Shown here: piece by piece, positions 9,739 through 18,399 of the stretch
Position numbering within the stretch: position 1 is the first letter of the stretch
How the letters are laid out: every line of letters starts with the position of its first letter
Source of the DNA: an uncultured delta proteobacterium
Lineage (GTDB): Bacteria > Myxococcota_A > Polyangia > Fen-1088
Direction of reading: 5' to 3'
DNA length: 64,000 bases
NCBI GenBank assembly: GCA_963796685.1
Contig: CAWCMR010000025.1
Location: 768,001-832,000, forward strand
Notes under the pieces: generated by a model
What the model saw: the letters and a program-made list of their open reading frames with translations, nothing else
What the model was told of the DNA's origin: nothing
The model's database searches: none
Position numbers and translations under genes: made by a program

Positions 9739-10683
9739 ATGAATGAACCCGTTCGCATCGCGGTCGTGGGCGCCGGCAACGTCGGCGCCACGTTCGCCTA
9801 TTCCCTCGTGCTGAGCGGCCTGGCCAGCGAGATCGTTCTCATCGACGCGGATCGAGCGCGCGCCGAGGGGCAAGCGATGGATCTGGATCACGCGGTTCCC
9901 TTCAACCAGCCTGTGCGGGTGCAAGCCGGTGGCTTCGAGGATTGCAAAGGGGCGCTGGTGACCATGGTGTCGGCGGGCACCAACCAGAAGCCGGGCGAGT
10001 CGCGTATGGACCTGCTCAAACGCAACATCGCCGTCTTTCGCGATGTGATTGGCGAGATCGCTGCCGTCAATCCCGAGGGCATCATCCTGGTGGCCACCAA
10101 TCCGGTGGATATCCTTACTTACGCAGCGTACAAGATCTCCGGGCTCAGCCGCCGTCGCGTGTTCGGATCGGGCACCATCCTGGACACCGCCCGATTTCGC
10201 ACCCTCTTGGCCAACCATTTCGATGTCGACCCACGCAGTTTGCACGCTCACATCATCGGCGAGCACGGCGATAGCGAGGTCCCGGTTTGGTCGCTCGCCA
10301 ACATCGCCGGCGTTCGCCTGGCAGATCTCTCCGGCGAGGGCTGGCCCAAGTACGAGGCGCAGGCCATGGAGCAGATCTTCAGCCAGACCCGCGACGCCGC
10401 CTACCACATCATCGAGCGCAAGGGCGCCACCTACTATGCCGTCGCCTCGGGGCTGTTGCGCATCGTCGAGGCCATCGTGCGCGACCAAAGCACGGTCCTA
10501 TCCACCTCCAGCCTGCTCACCGGGCAATATGGTCTGTCCGATGTCTGTCTTAGCCTGCCCACCGTGATCAACCGGCGCGGCGTGGCCAGGGTGCTCGAGC
10601 TGGGACTGGACCCGACCGAAGTCGAGAAGCTCACCCGCTCGGCGACGATCTTGTCGGCCAGCATAGAAGAGCTGGGACTCTAG
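9739..10683 (+). CDS. ldh: L-lactate dehydrogenase
   Basis: GAGNVG, NQKPGESRMDL (Gln specificity residue of LDH), GTILDTARFR, IGEHGDSEV, KGATYY. Confidence 0.93.
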   Translation: MNEPVRIAVVGAGNVGATFAYSLVLSGLASEIVLIDADRARAEGQAMDLDHAVPFNQPVRVQAGGFEDCKGALVTMVSAGTNQKPGESRMDLLKRNIAVFRDVIGEIAAVNPEGIILVATNPVDILTYAAYKISGLSRRRVFGSGTILDTARFRTLLANHFDVDPRSLHAHIIGEHGDSEVPVWSLANIAGVRLADLSGEGWPKYEAQAMEQIFSQTRDAAYHIIERKGATYYAVASGLLRIVEAIVRDQSTVLSTSSLLTGQYGLSDVCLSLPTVINRRGVARVLELGLDPTEVEKLTRSATILSASIEELGL

Positions 10684-10717
10684 TCTGTCTCTGACGACGC
10701 TCGCGGACTGTGGCGGG

Positions 10718-10963
10718 CTAGGCGTTGCGGAACGCCTCGAAGGTCAAGATCGTGTGCGTCTCGCGGATGTGGGGGATGGGATGGATCTGCTTCTCGATGA
10801 GGCGTCCGATATTGTCGACGTCATCGACGTAGAGCTTGACCAAGAGGTCGTACTCGCCGCTGACGCTGAAGGCTTCCGAAAAACTCTCGACCTCGGCGAT
10901 GCGATTTGCCACGTCGGTCACGTGGCCAAGGTCGGCTTTGACGAACACGAATACCGCGCGCAT
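10718..10963 (-). CDS. Lrp/AsnC ligand-binding (RAM) domain protein
   Basis: 81 aa with EAFSVSGEYDLLVK and IRETHT pattern; no HTH. Confidence 0.82.
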   Translation of the reverse strand: MRAVFVFVKADLGHVTDVANRIAEVESFSEAFSVSGEYDLLVKLYVDDVDNIGRLIEKQIHPIPHIRETHTILTFEAFRNA

Positions 10964-11087
10964 GTCGCTAGCTTACGCCGAATCTCGAGGCCGGCACCTG
11001 GATTTACAAAGCTAGCCGGCCCGACGGAAGGTCAGGTTGATGCGCTGATCGGGCAGGTCAAGCGCTAGCTGCGTCGCCATGACGTCT

Positions 11088-12170
11088 TCACCGGCGTGCC
11101 TCGCGCGCGAGCAGCTCGCGCTTGCGTGCGACGCCCCAGCGATAGCCCGCGAGCTTGCCGTCCGTCCGCACCACGCGATGGCACGGGATGGCCACCGCCA
11201 GCGCATTCGCCGCGCACGCCTGCGCGACCGCCCTCACGGCCTTGGGTGCACCGATGGCGCTGGCAACCTGCGAGTAGGTGGTGGTCGCGCCGGCGGGAAT
11301 CGCACGCAACGCCTGCCAGACGCGCTGCTGGAATGCCGTACCGCGGATGTCGAGCGGAAGCTTCGCGCTCGCTTGCGGCCTGTCCAGGAGGCCGACTACT
11401 TGGGCGACCAGACGCTCGAATGTGGCGTCGGCGCCGACGAGGCGGGCGCGCGGGAAGCGGCGTTCGAGCTCGTGCGCCAGCTCTTCGGGATCATCGCCCA
11501 TGAGGATCGCGCACACCCCCCGCTCGGTCGCTGCCACCAGGAGCGGGCCGAGCCAGCATTCCGCAAAGGCGAACCGTATGTCCATGTCCACGCCTCCCGC
11601 GCGATACTGCGAGGGCGTCATGCCCAGCATCTGATTCGACGTCTCGTAGAAGCGCCCATTGGAGTTGTAGCCGGCTCCGAAGATCGCCCGGGCGATCGTG
11701 CCGCCTTTGACCAGCTCGGCTCGTACGCGCTTCATGCGGTGGGCCGCCGCATAGGCCCTGGGTGTCACTCCCGTCACCGCCTTGAAGAGGCGTTGCACGT
11801 GGAAGAGACTCAGCCGCGCGCGGGCCGCCAGCGCGTCCAGCGTCGGCGTCTCCTCGCTGCTCTCGATGAACCTGCACAGGTCCGCGACCTGCGCCGCCTG
11901 GCGTTCGGCCAAGGGCGGCTGGTCCGGCTTGCAGTGCTTGCACGGACGAAAGCCTGCGCGCTCCGCGTCGGCGCGGGTCGGGTGGAAGGCAACATTTTCG
12001 GGTCTCGCGCGGCGAGCGGTGCAGGATGGACGGCAGTACACCCCCGTGCTCTTGACCGAGTAGAAGAATGCCCCGTCTGCCCGCGTATCGCGGGCCAGCA
12101 CGGCCGCCCACCTGGGGTCACTCGTCACGACAGCCGCCTGCGCCTGAGTATGGCCTTGCTTGCGATTCAC
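11088..12170 (-). CDS. ada: Bifunctional Ada regulator / O6-methylguanine-DNA methyltransferase
   Basis: Zn site YCRPSC...FRPCKHC, AraC-type HTH, C-terminal PCHRVV active site. GTG start inferred. Confidence 0.95.
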   Translation of the reverse strand: MNRKQGHTQAQAAVVTSDPRWAAVLARDTRADGAFFYSVKSTGVYCRPSCTARRARPENVAFHPTRADAERAGFRPCKHCKPDQPPLAERQAAQVADLCRFIESSEETPTLDALAARARLSLFHVQRLFKAVTGVTPRAYAAAHRMKRVRAELVKGGTIARAIFGAGYNSNGRFYETSNQMLGMTPSQYRAGGVDMDIRFAFAECWLGPLLVAATERGVCAILMGDDPEELAHELERRFPRARLVGADATFERLVAQVVGLLDRPQASAKLPLDIRGTAFQQRVWQALRAIPAGATTTYSQVASAIGAPKAVRAVAQACAANALAVAIPCHRVVRTDGKLAGYRWGVARKRELLAREARR

Positions 12171-12214
12171 GATCGTGAGACTACCCCGCCGCAATCCGTC
12201 CGGCACTCCGGCTC

Positions 12215-12227
12215 TTGCTTTGCAATT
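12215..12227 (-). promoter_or_regulatory. Putative Ada box
   Basis: Minus strand reads AAT-tgcaaa-GCAA (AAT-N6-GCAA), about 45 bp upstream of the ada start. Confidence 0.6.
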
Positions 12228-12262
12228 CACCGGGCCGGGGTGGAGAGGGCTGAGCGTTCGAC

Positions 12263-12661
12263 TCAGATCCGGTCCAAGACTCCGCGCAGCTTCCGGTCGA
12301 CTTCGTCGGCGATGGGCTTGATGGCCGGATTGCCGACCAGGCCGAACATGACGATGGGCCGCGGGGTCTGGACGTAGACCGCGCCGTCCTCGCCTTCGAA
12401 GATATCGACGTTGCAGGGAAGAAAAACCCCGACGGGCGGCTCGGCTTGCAAGGCCTTGTTCGCCAGCGGCGGGTTGCACGCGCCGAGAATGAGGTAGGGC
12501 TTGCGCTCGACCCCGAGCTTCTTCTTGAGCGTGGCCTGGATGTCGATCTCGGTCAGGACCCCGAACCCTTCGGTGGCCAATGCGTCGCGCACGCGCGCGG
12601 TCGCGTCGGCCATGGATGTTCCATCGAGTCGCTTGGTGTAGATATAGTCTCTCTCGTACAT
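12263..12661 (-). CDS. DUF302 domain protein
   Basis: GFGVLTEIDIQATLKKKLG, YLILGACNP, GVFLPCNV; GGAGG RBS. Confidence 0.9.
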   Translation of the reverse strand: MYERDYIYTKRLDGTSMADATARVRDALATEGFGVLTEIDIQATLKKKLGVERKPYLILGACNPPLANKALQAEPPVGVFLPCNVDIFEGEDGAVYVQTPRPIVMFGLVGNPAIKPIADEVDRKLRGVLDRI

Positions 12662-12753
12662 CGCGTCCTCCCTCATCGTTGAAGTTGCATCATGGCACAG
12701 CCGGGTCGAGGTGGATGTCGCATAGCGGTCACGCCGTCCGCGCTTGCCACGAC

Positions 12754-13902
12754 TCACCGCTTCGCGTGCCCGCGCACGAGGCGTGTCGCGAGCGGGATGA
12801 AGCATGCGATTAGAACCGCGGTAGCCAAGTAGGGGGTGCGGAAGCCGCCCGTGAAAAGGACCGTGCCGACCAGCGGACCGAGGGTTCCGCCGGCATCGCC
12901 ACAGAGCTGCACCATGCCCACTGCCACGCCCCGCCGTTCGCCCGGAACGATGTCCCCGACGAGCGCGAGCAGCGAGGGACCGAGCGCGCCCCCGGCGATC
13001 CCCATGAGGCCGAGTCCCACGAACAACCCGGCCGCCGTCGGCACGAGCGCGGTGAGCACGAGCGCCGGCACAAGGGCGACGATCCCGGCGAGCGCGACGG
13101 GCGCGTGCATGCGATGGCGATCGCCCCAGCGCCCCGCAAGTGGCATCACGACGACCGACGAAACCACCATGACCCCCATGAGCAGGCTGGACGTACCCTG
13201 ATCGCCAAAACCGAGCAGGGAGACGGCACGCGCGTGCACCAGCAGGGTTACGGTGGTCAGCACCATGCCCTGGGTAGCGAAGGTCATGGCGAAAGTGAGC
13301 GCTCCGACGGTCAGCAGGCGCCTGTCTGCCATGGTCGCGAGCATCTCGGACCACGCCGAACGCTTGGGCAGGGTCACGCGCAGATCAGGGACCAACCACC
13401 ATGCAAGCAGTGCGGCGGCCAAGATGCCTGCCAGCGCGCTTTCGAAGGTCGCCGCGTTTCCGAAGCGGTCGGACACCACGCCGCCCGCGACCAGGCCGAG
13501 CGGAACGCCGATGCCCATAGCTGCACGCACGGTACCGGCGGTACGTCCGCCGTGGGCCGGCCCACCGGCGTGCAGCGCCAGCGCCTGGGCCGCGACGAAG
13601 ACACAGGCCGAGCCAGGTCCGTGCAGCAGTCGCCCGAGGAGAAAGAAGGTTCCCGGGTGGCCGGTCGTGATGCCGAGGGTATAGAGGCCCATGACCGCAA
13701 GCTGAATCACCAGGCCGACGATGAGCGTGCGCCGACCGCCCAGGCGATCGGTCATGGTGCCGACGAAGGGGCTCGACAGCACGCGCATGGCCCGGTTCGC
13801 CGCAAGGATCACGCCGATGAAGGGCAAGGGCAGACCGGCCTGCACCCCGACGATGGGCAAGATGGGGAACGCGATGCCCCCGGCCATGCCCGCGAGCAGC
13901 AC
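12754..13902 (-). CDS. MFS transporter
   Basis: Multiple hydrophobic segments with motif A (GTMTDRLGGR; GRWGDR). Start uncertain; the frame is open to at least the CTG at 13962. Confidence 0.88.
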   Translation of the reverse strand: MLLAGMAGGIAFPILPIVGVQAGLPLPFIGVILAANRAMRVLSSPFVGTMTDRLGGRRTLIVGLVIQLAVMGLYTLGITTGHPGTFFLLGRLLHGPGSACVFVAAQALALHAGGPAHGGRTAGTVRAAMGIGVPLGLVAGGVVSDRFGNAATFESALAGILAAALLAWWLVPDLRVTLPKRSAWSEMLATMADRRLLTVGALTFAMTFATQGMVLTTVTLLVHARAVSLLGFGDQGTSSLLMGVMVVSSVVVMPLAGRWGDRHRMHAPVALAGIVALVPALVLTALVPTAAGLFVGLGLMGIAGGALGPSLLALVGDIVPGERRGVAVGMVQLCGDAGGTLGPLVGTVLFTGGFRTPYLATAVLIACFIPLATRLVRGHAKR

Positions 13903-14179
13903 GCCCGGCGCGATGGCGAGAGACGCTCGCCGCGCCGCGGACAGCTCGGGCGTGTCGCTCAGGGAAGCACCTGCGCGAACGCTTCCGCAATCATCGCCGT
14001 GCCCCGGCGCGGGAACACGAAGACGGCCGAGCTCGTCGGATCAATGGATAGGTCTTCCGATCGTTTGTCGCTCACGATTCTTCTCGTCCCTGGGAGTGTA
14101 GCTTGAGCCGAGCGGAGCGCCTACGACCTATTGCGAACGCGTTCCTCGCGGCCTATTCCCACGGCTGCTGGCGCCGCCC

Positions 14180-14911
14180 TCAGTCGCGCCTTCGGCCGCC
14201 GAAGATGCGCAGGAGCATGAGGAAGAGATTGATGAAGTCGAGATAGAGGATGAGCGCGCCTTGCAGGGCCAGCTTGGTGGCCGCCTCGCCCTCGCCGGCT
14301 TGCGCCCCCAGTGCCTTGAGCTTGGCGGTGTCGTAGGCCGTGAGTCCGGTGAACACGACGACCCCGGCGAACGTCGTCAGCCAGTACAGCATGGGGCTGC
14401 CGAGGAAAATGTTGACGATGGAGGCGAGGATGAGTCCCCAAAGGCCCATCATGCAGAAGCTGCCGATGCTGGACAGGTCGCGCTTGGTGGTCGCTCCGTA
14501 CACCGAGAGTCCGGCGAACATGCCGCCGGTGACGAGGAACGTGCTTCCGATGGATCCAGCGGTGTAGCGCAGGAAAATGAACGAGAAGGTCACCCCGCTA
14601 AGTGCCGCGTAGCCGAAGAACATGGCCGCCGCCGTGCCGGCGCTGACCCGCGCCGCCACCCGCGCGAAAGCGAGCACCAACAGCAGCTCGGCGATGAGCA
14701 GCGCGGGAAAGACCAGCGCGTTTCCATACACGACGGCCAGCGCACTCGGGCTCGACGCCACGACCAGGGCGACCAAGCCGGTGGCCCCAAGCCCGAGGCT
14801 CATGAAGAAGTGAACCCTTTGCAGGAAGGTCCGCGATGCCTCGGCGCTCAGCGTGCCGAAGCTTGTCCTGGCTGCGCCAACTCTTGTCGGATTGGTTCCT
14901 ACCCATGCCAT
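14180..14911 (-). CDS. Bax inhibitor-1 / YccA family membrane protein
   Basis: Multi-TM protein with TKRDLS, GLTAYDT, GALILYLDFINLF; AAGGAG RBS. Confidence 0.93.
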   Translation of the reverse strand: MAWVGTNPTRVGAARTSFGTLSAEASRTFLQRVHFFMSLGLGATGLVALVVASSPSALAVVYGNALVFPALLIAELLLVLAFARVAARVSAGTAAAMFFGYAALSGVTFSFIFLRYTAGSIGSTFLVTGGMFAGLSVYGATTKRDLSSIGSFCMMGLWGLILASIVNIFLGSPMLYWLTTFAGVVVFTGLTAYDTAKLKALGAQAGEGEAATKLALQGALILYLDFINLFLMLLRIFGGRRRD

Positions 14912-14988
14912 ACCGCTCTCCTTACCACCTCATTGGCCGGAATCCACCTCCTTGGGGGACTACCGGCCGCTGCAAAACCCGTAGCGCC

Positions 14989-16296
14989 CTACGAGCGCAC
15001 GAAGGCGTCGTAGATGGCGCGCAGGCCTTTGCCGAGATCGGCGGCATCCACGCCGACGATGATCGAAATCTCGGACGCGCCCTGGTCGATGATGCGCACA
15101 TTGACGCCGGCGCTGGCGAGCGCGGTGAACAGGCGCGACGACACCCCGATTCGGCGCGACATACCGTGGCCCACGGTGGCGATGAGGGCGAGGTTGCGCT
15201 CGACCTCGATGGCGTCCGGCTCGCAGGCGTTGCGGATCTCTTGCAGCACCACGTCCTCGACCGGCTCGAAGTTCTTCTGGTCGATGACCACGCACATCGA
15301 ATCGATGCCCGAGGGCGACAGCTCGTAGCTGATGCCCTTGGTTTCCAAGATACCGAGCACACGGCGACCGAAGCCGCGCTCTTTGTTCATCAGGGTCTTT
15401 TCGATCTGCAGCAGGCAGAAGCCGCTGCGCCCGGCGACGCCGGCGATGGGCCGATCCGCGGCCTGATTTTCAGGGACGATGAGCGTGCCCTTGGCCGCCG
15501 GGTCGTTGGTGTTGGCGATGCGAATGGGAATGCCGACCTGCTTGCACGGCAGGATGGCTTCCTCGTGAAAGACATTGGCGCCCGAGTAGGCCAGCTCGCG
15601 CAGCTCGCGGTAGGTCACGCGCTCCATGGGCGCGGCGTCGGGCACGATGCGCGGGTCGGTCATCAAAAGCCCAGAAACGTCGGTCCAGTTTTCGTACAAG
15701 CTGGCGGACGCGGCGCGAGCCAGGATGGCGCCCGAGATGTCCGACCCGCCACGCGAGAAGGTCTTGACCTTGCCCTGCGGTCCGGTTCCGTAGAAACCGG
15801 GCAGCACGTAGAAGCCCTGCGCGGGCAGGCGCGGCGGCAAGTCCTTCCAGGTGCGCTCGTCGACCAAGCCGTTCGAGGTCAGGAACACGGCGCCCTCGGC
15901 CTCGACGAAGGTACCGCCGAGAAAGGCCGCCATGATACGGGCCGAAAAGTGCTCGCCGCGCGAGGCGATCCAGTCGCGATCTGCACCCGCGCGCACCGCC
16001 TTCTCGAAATCGTCCAGCAGCGGCGCCACGCCGGCGATCACGCCCAAGTCGCTTTCGATTTCCAGGAAGCGCCCGCGCAAGAGAGCCAGCGACGGCCCCG
16101 GATCCATATCGCGCGCGACCATCTCGTGGATGGAGAGAAGGATGTCCGTGACCTTGGGATCCTGCTTGTGCCGCTTGCCGGGGGCCGACACCACCACGGC
16201 GCGCCGATGGGCGTCGGCCTTGATGATGGACGCCACCTTGCGGAACTGGGCCGCGTCGGCGAGCGAGGTTCCCCCGAATTTGCAGGCAATGGTCAT
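14989..16296 (-). CDS. lysC: Aspartate kinase
   Basis: KFGGTS, VVVSAPGK, TFSRGGSDISG, WTDVSG, C-terminal ACT domains. Confidence 0.94.
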   Translation of the reverse strand: MTIACKFGGTSLADAAQFRKVASIIKADAHRRAVVVSAPGKRHKQDPKVTDILLSIHEMVARDMDPGPSLALLRGRFLEIESDLGVIAGVAPLLDDFEKAVRAGADRDWIASRGEHFSARIMAAFLGGTFVEAEGAVFLTSNGLVDERTWKDLPPRLPAQGFYVLPGFYGTGPQGKVKTFSRGGSDISGAILARAASASLYENWTDVSGLLMTDPRIVPDAAPMERVTYRELRELAYSGANVFHEEAILPCKQVGIPIRIANTNDPAAKGTLIVPENQAADRPIAGVAGRSGFCLLQIEKTLMNKERGFGRRVLGILETKGISYELSPSGIDSMCVVIDQKNFEPVEDVVLQEIRNACEPDAIEVERNLALIATVGHGMSRRIGVSSRLFTALASAGVNVRIIDQGASEISIIVGVDAADLGKGLRAIYDAFVRS

Positions 16297-16428
16297 GGTG
16301 CTCCTTGAAACGAACGTGTTCCCACTACTTCCCCGATCTGCAAATTCAGATCAAGCACTAAGCAGCCGCGAAAAGGCAAGAGAGCGCCGACCCCTGGCAA
16401 GACTCGAACCTTGCGCTAGCCTTCGTGC

Positions 16429-16956
16429 ATGCATTCGTCGAAGCCAACGTCCACCGAATATGCGCCCTACTTCGCCCGCTACATCGACCTGGTGGCCGAG
16501 GGCGAATTCACCGCGGCGCTGGCCGGCCAACCAGGAGAGTTTCGTGCGCTCCTGGGCAAGCTTTCGCCCAAGCAGGCGGGTTTCCGCTACGCGCCCGAGA
16601 AGTGGAGCATTCGCGAGGTCCTGGGTCACGTGATCGACGCCGAGCGGGTGTTCGGTTATCGGGCGCTTTGCATCGCGCGCGGGGAGACCGCATCCCTGCC
16701 CAGCTTCGACGAGAAGGCCTACGCCGCACACGCCGGTCACGACGGCTGCGCATTGCCGGATCTTCTCGAGGAATTCGTACACGTCCGGCGCGGCCACGTT
16801 GCCCTGTTCGAGCATCTGACCACGACCGCCTGGGAGCGCGCAGGCACCGTGAACCAAAATCCCATCTCGGTGCGCGGCCTCGCGTACATCATGACCGGGC
16901 ACGCGCGACACCACGCCGGAATCCTGCGCGAACGCTACGCCGCAAGCGGCTTGTAA
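16429..16956 (+). CDS. DinB family protein
   Basis: YAPEKWSIREVLGHVIDAER and GHARHH His-triad pattern. Confidence 0.88.
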   Translation: MHSSKPTSTEYAPYFARYIDLVAEGEFTAALAGQPGEFRALLGKLSPKQAGFRYAPEKWSIREVLGHVIDAERVFGYRALCIARGETASLPSFDEKAYAAHAGHDGCALPDLLEEFVHVRRGHVALFEHLTTTAWERAGTVNQNPISVRGLAYIMTGHARHHAGILRERYAASGL

Positions 16957-17021
16957 CGGCCTGGGGGCCGGCCCGGTAGAGTCTCGTTGCCGCCAAACCA
17001 TCCGTCCAGGCCACCGTGGGC

Positions 17022-17618
17022 CTACCGCCAACTTGGGACGCGGCCGCGGAACCAGCCCGCGATGCTGTGGCGGGGTTTCTTCGCGACCAGCACCTCGTGC
17101 GGAAACTGCTCGCTTAGGAATAGAACCAAGAGGCCTGGCTTGGGCAGAATGGTGGCGATGGCGCTCTGGGTGCCGGCCTGGTAAAGAAGCAGCTCGCCGC
17201 CGTCGGCCGGGGCCCATTCGTCGTGGAGGTAGACGACCGTCGACAATACGCGGTTCTTCTGGCCGCTCAGCGTGTCCAGATGCCTATCGTAATGGGCGCC
17301 GACACCATAGATCGCGTAGTGGCATTCGTAGTCGAGCAATCCCAGGAAAAGCCGCTGGTTGAGGCCGAGACGCAACTCTTCCATCTCGGTCAGAAACACA
17401 TGGTCGGCGGTCTTGCCGTCATCGAGCCAGCGGATGACGTCGCCCCGGATGCCGGTGCGGTGCGTTCTCTGCGCGCCCCTTCCCACGCCAGCGGGCGCGA
17501 AGGCCGCGCTTTCGCGGCAGCCATCGTCGAGACGGGCGCGCACCGCGGGCGGAAGCCAACCCTCGACAGCCGCAAGGCCTCCGGAGCGAAGCTCACCTGC
17601 GATGGCATCGACATCCAT
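17022..17618 (-). CDS. 2OG-Fe(II) oxygenase (prolyl-4-hydroxylase/SM-20-like)
   Basis: IRGDVIRW, YDRHLD (HxD), GGELLL, FPHEVL, RHSIAGW. Confidence 0.9.
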   Translation of the reverse strand: MDVDAIAGELRSGGLAAVEGWLPPAVRARLDDGCRESAAFAPAGVGRGAQRTHRTGIRGDVIRWLDDGKTADHVFLTEMEELRLGLNQRLFLGLLDYECHYAIYGVGAHYDRHLDTLSGQKNRVLSTVVYLHDEWAPADGGELLLYQAGTQSAIATILPKPGLLVLFLSEQFPHEVLVAKKPRHSIAGWFRGRVPSWR

Positions 17619-17683
17619 GATCCCGCGACTATCCCACGGCCGCGTCCGATGCGCTTGTCAGCATTGGGCGCTACACTGTCACC

Positions 17684-18037
17684 ATGAACGCCATCCAGCC
17701 CCTGACCCAAGACCAGCTCGGTGCCTTGCTGAGCGAAGGCGAATTCCCCGAAAGCGTTCGCCTGGCCGCGCCCAAGGTGGTGGTGGTCATGACCCAGGAC
17801 TGGTGTGGACAATGGGCCAACATGGCGTCCTATCTGCCCGACTTCGTCGACCAGGCCGCGATCTTCACCGTCGAGTACAACCTGCTGCCCGACTTCGAGC
17901 GCATCATGAGCTTCAAGGAAACAGTGTTCAACAACGGTCAAGTGCCCTACGTTCGCTTCTATTGCGAGGGAAAGCTGGTGCGCCAATCCAATTGGCTACC
18001 GCGCGCGTCGTTTGCGGCCATGCTCGGGCGCGAGTAG
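17684..18037 (+). CDS. Thioredoxin-fold protein (single-Cys WCGQW)
   Basis: VVVVMTQDWCGQW, VPYVRFY..GKLV pattern. Confidence 0.65.
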   Translation: MNAIQPLTQDQLGALLSEGEFPESVRLAAPKVVVVMTQDWCGQWANMASYLPDFVDQAAIFTVEYNLLPDFERIMSFKETVFNNGQVPYVRFYCEGKLVRQSNWLPRASFAAMLGRE

Positions 18038-18097
18038 TCGCGTCGAGGGAGTCGACGTGCCGGGCGTGCTCGAGCAATCCACGACCGAAGAGCCATC

Positions 18098-18370
18098 GTG
18101 GTAGAAGCCCGTGGAGTGAGCGTTCGACTTCTCGTGTGCCGACGGACCGTTGCTCTCGCCGGGCTGTCTTGCCTCGCGCTCCTGCAGCCTCGCCTGGCGC
18201 AGGCGCAGGCAGAGGAGCTTCCTCCCGAGCTGGCGGCCGACCAGGACGTGCCTGCACCGGCACGACCAGCACAGGCATCGAGCCCGGCGACGGTGGCGCC
18301 CCGGCCGCCATCCCAGCCGGTGCCCGCTCCCAACCATCGGCCGACAATCTCGTTCGTGCCTTACCAATGA
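18098..18370 (+). CDS. Short secreted Pro-rich hypothetical protein, possibly a gene fragment
   Basis: Signal-peptide-like stretch ending AQAQA, Pro/Ala linker, abrupt end at ISFVPYQ. Confidence 0.4.
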   Translation: MVEARGVSVRLLVCRRTVALAGLSCLALLQPRLAQAQAEELPPELAADQDVPAPARPAQASSPATVAPRPPSQPVPAPNHRPTISFVPYQ

Positions 18371-18399
18371 ACGGGACTCCAGAGCCCGTCGAGAGACGA

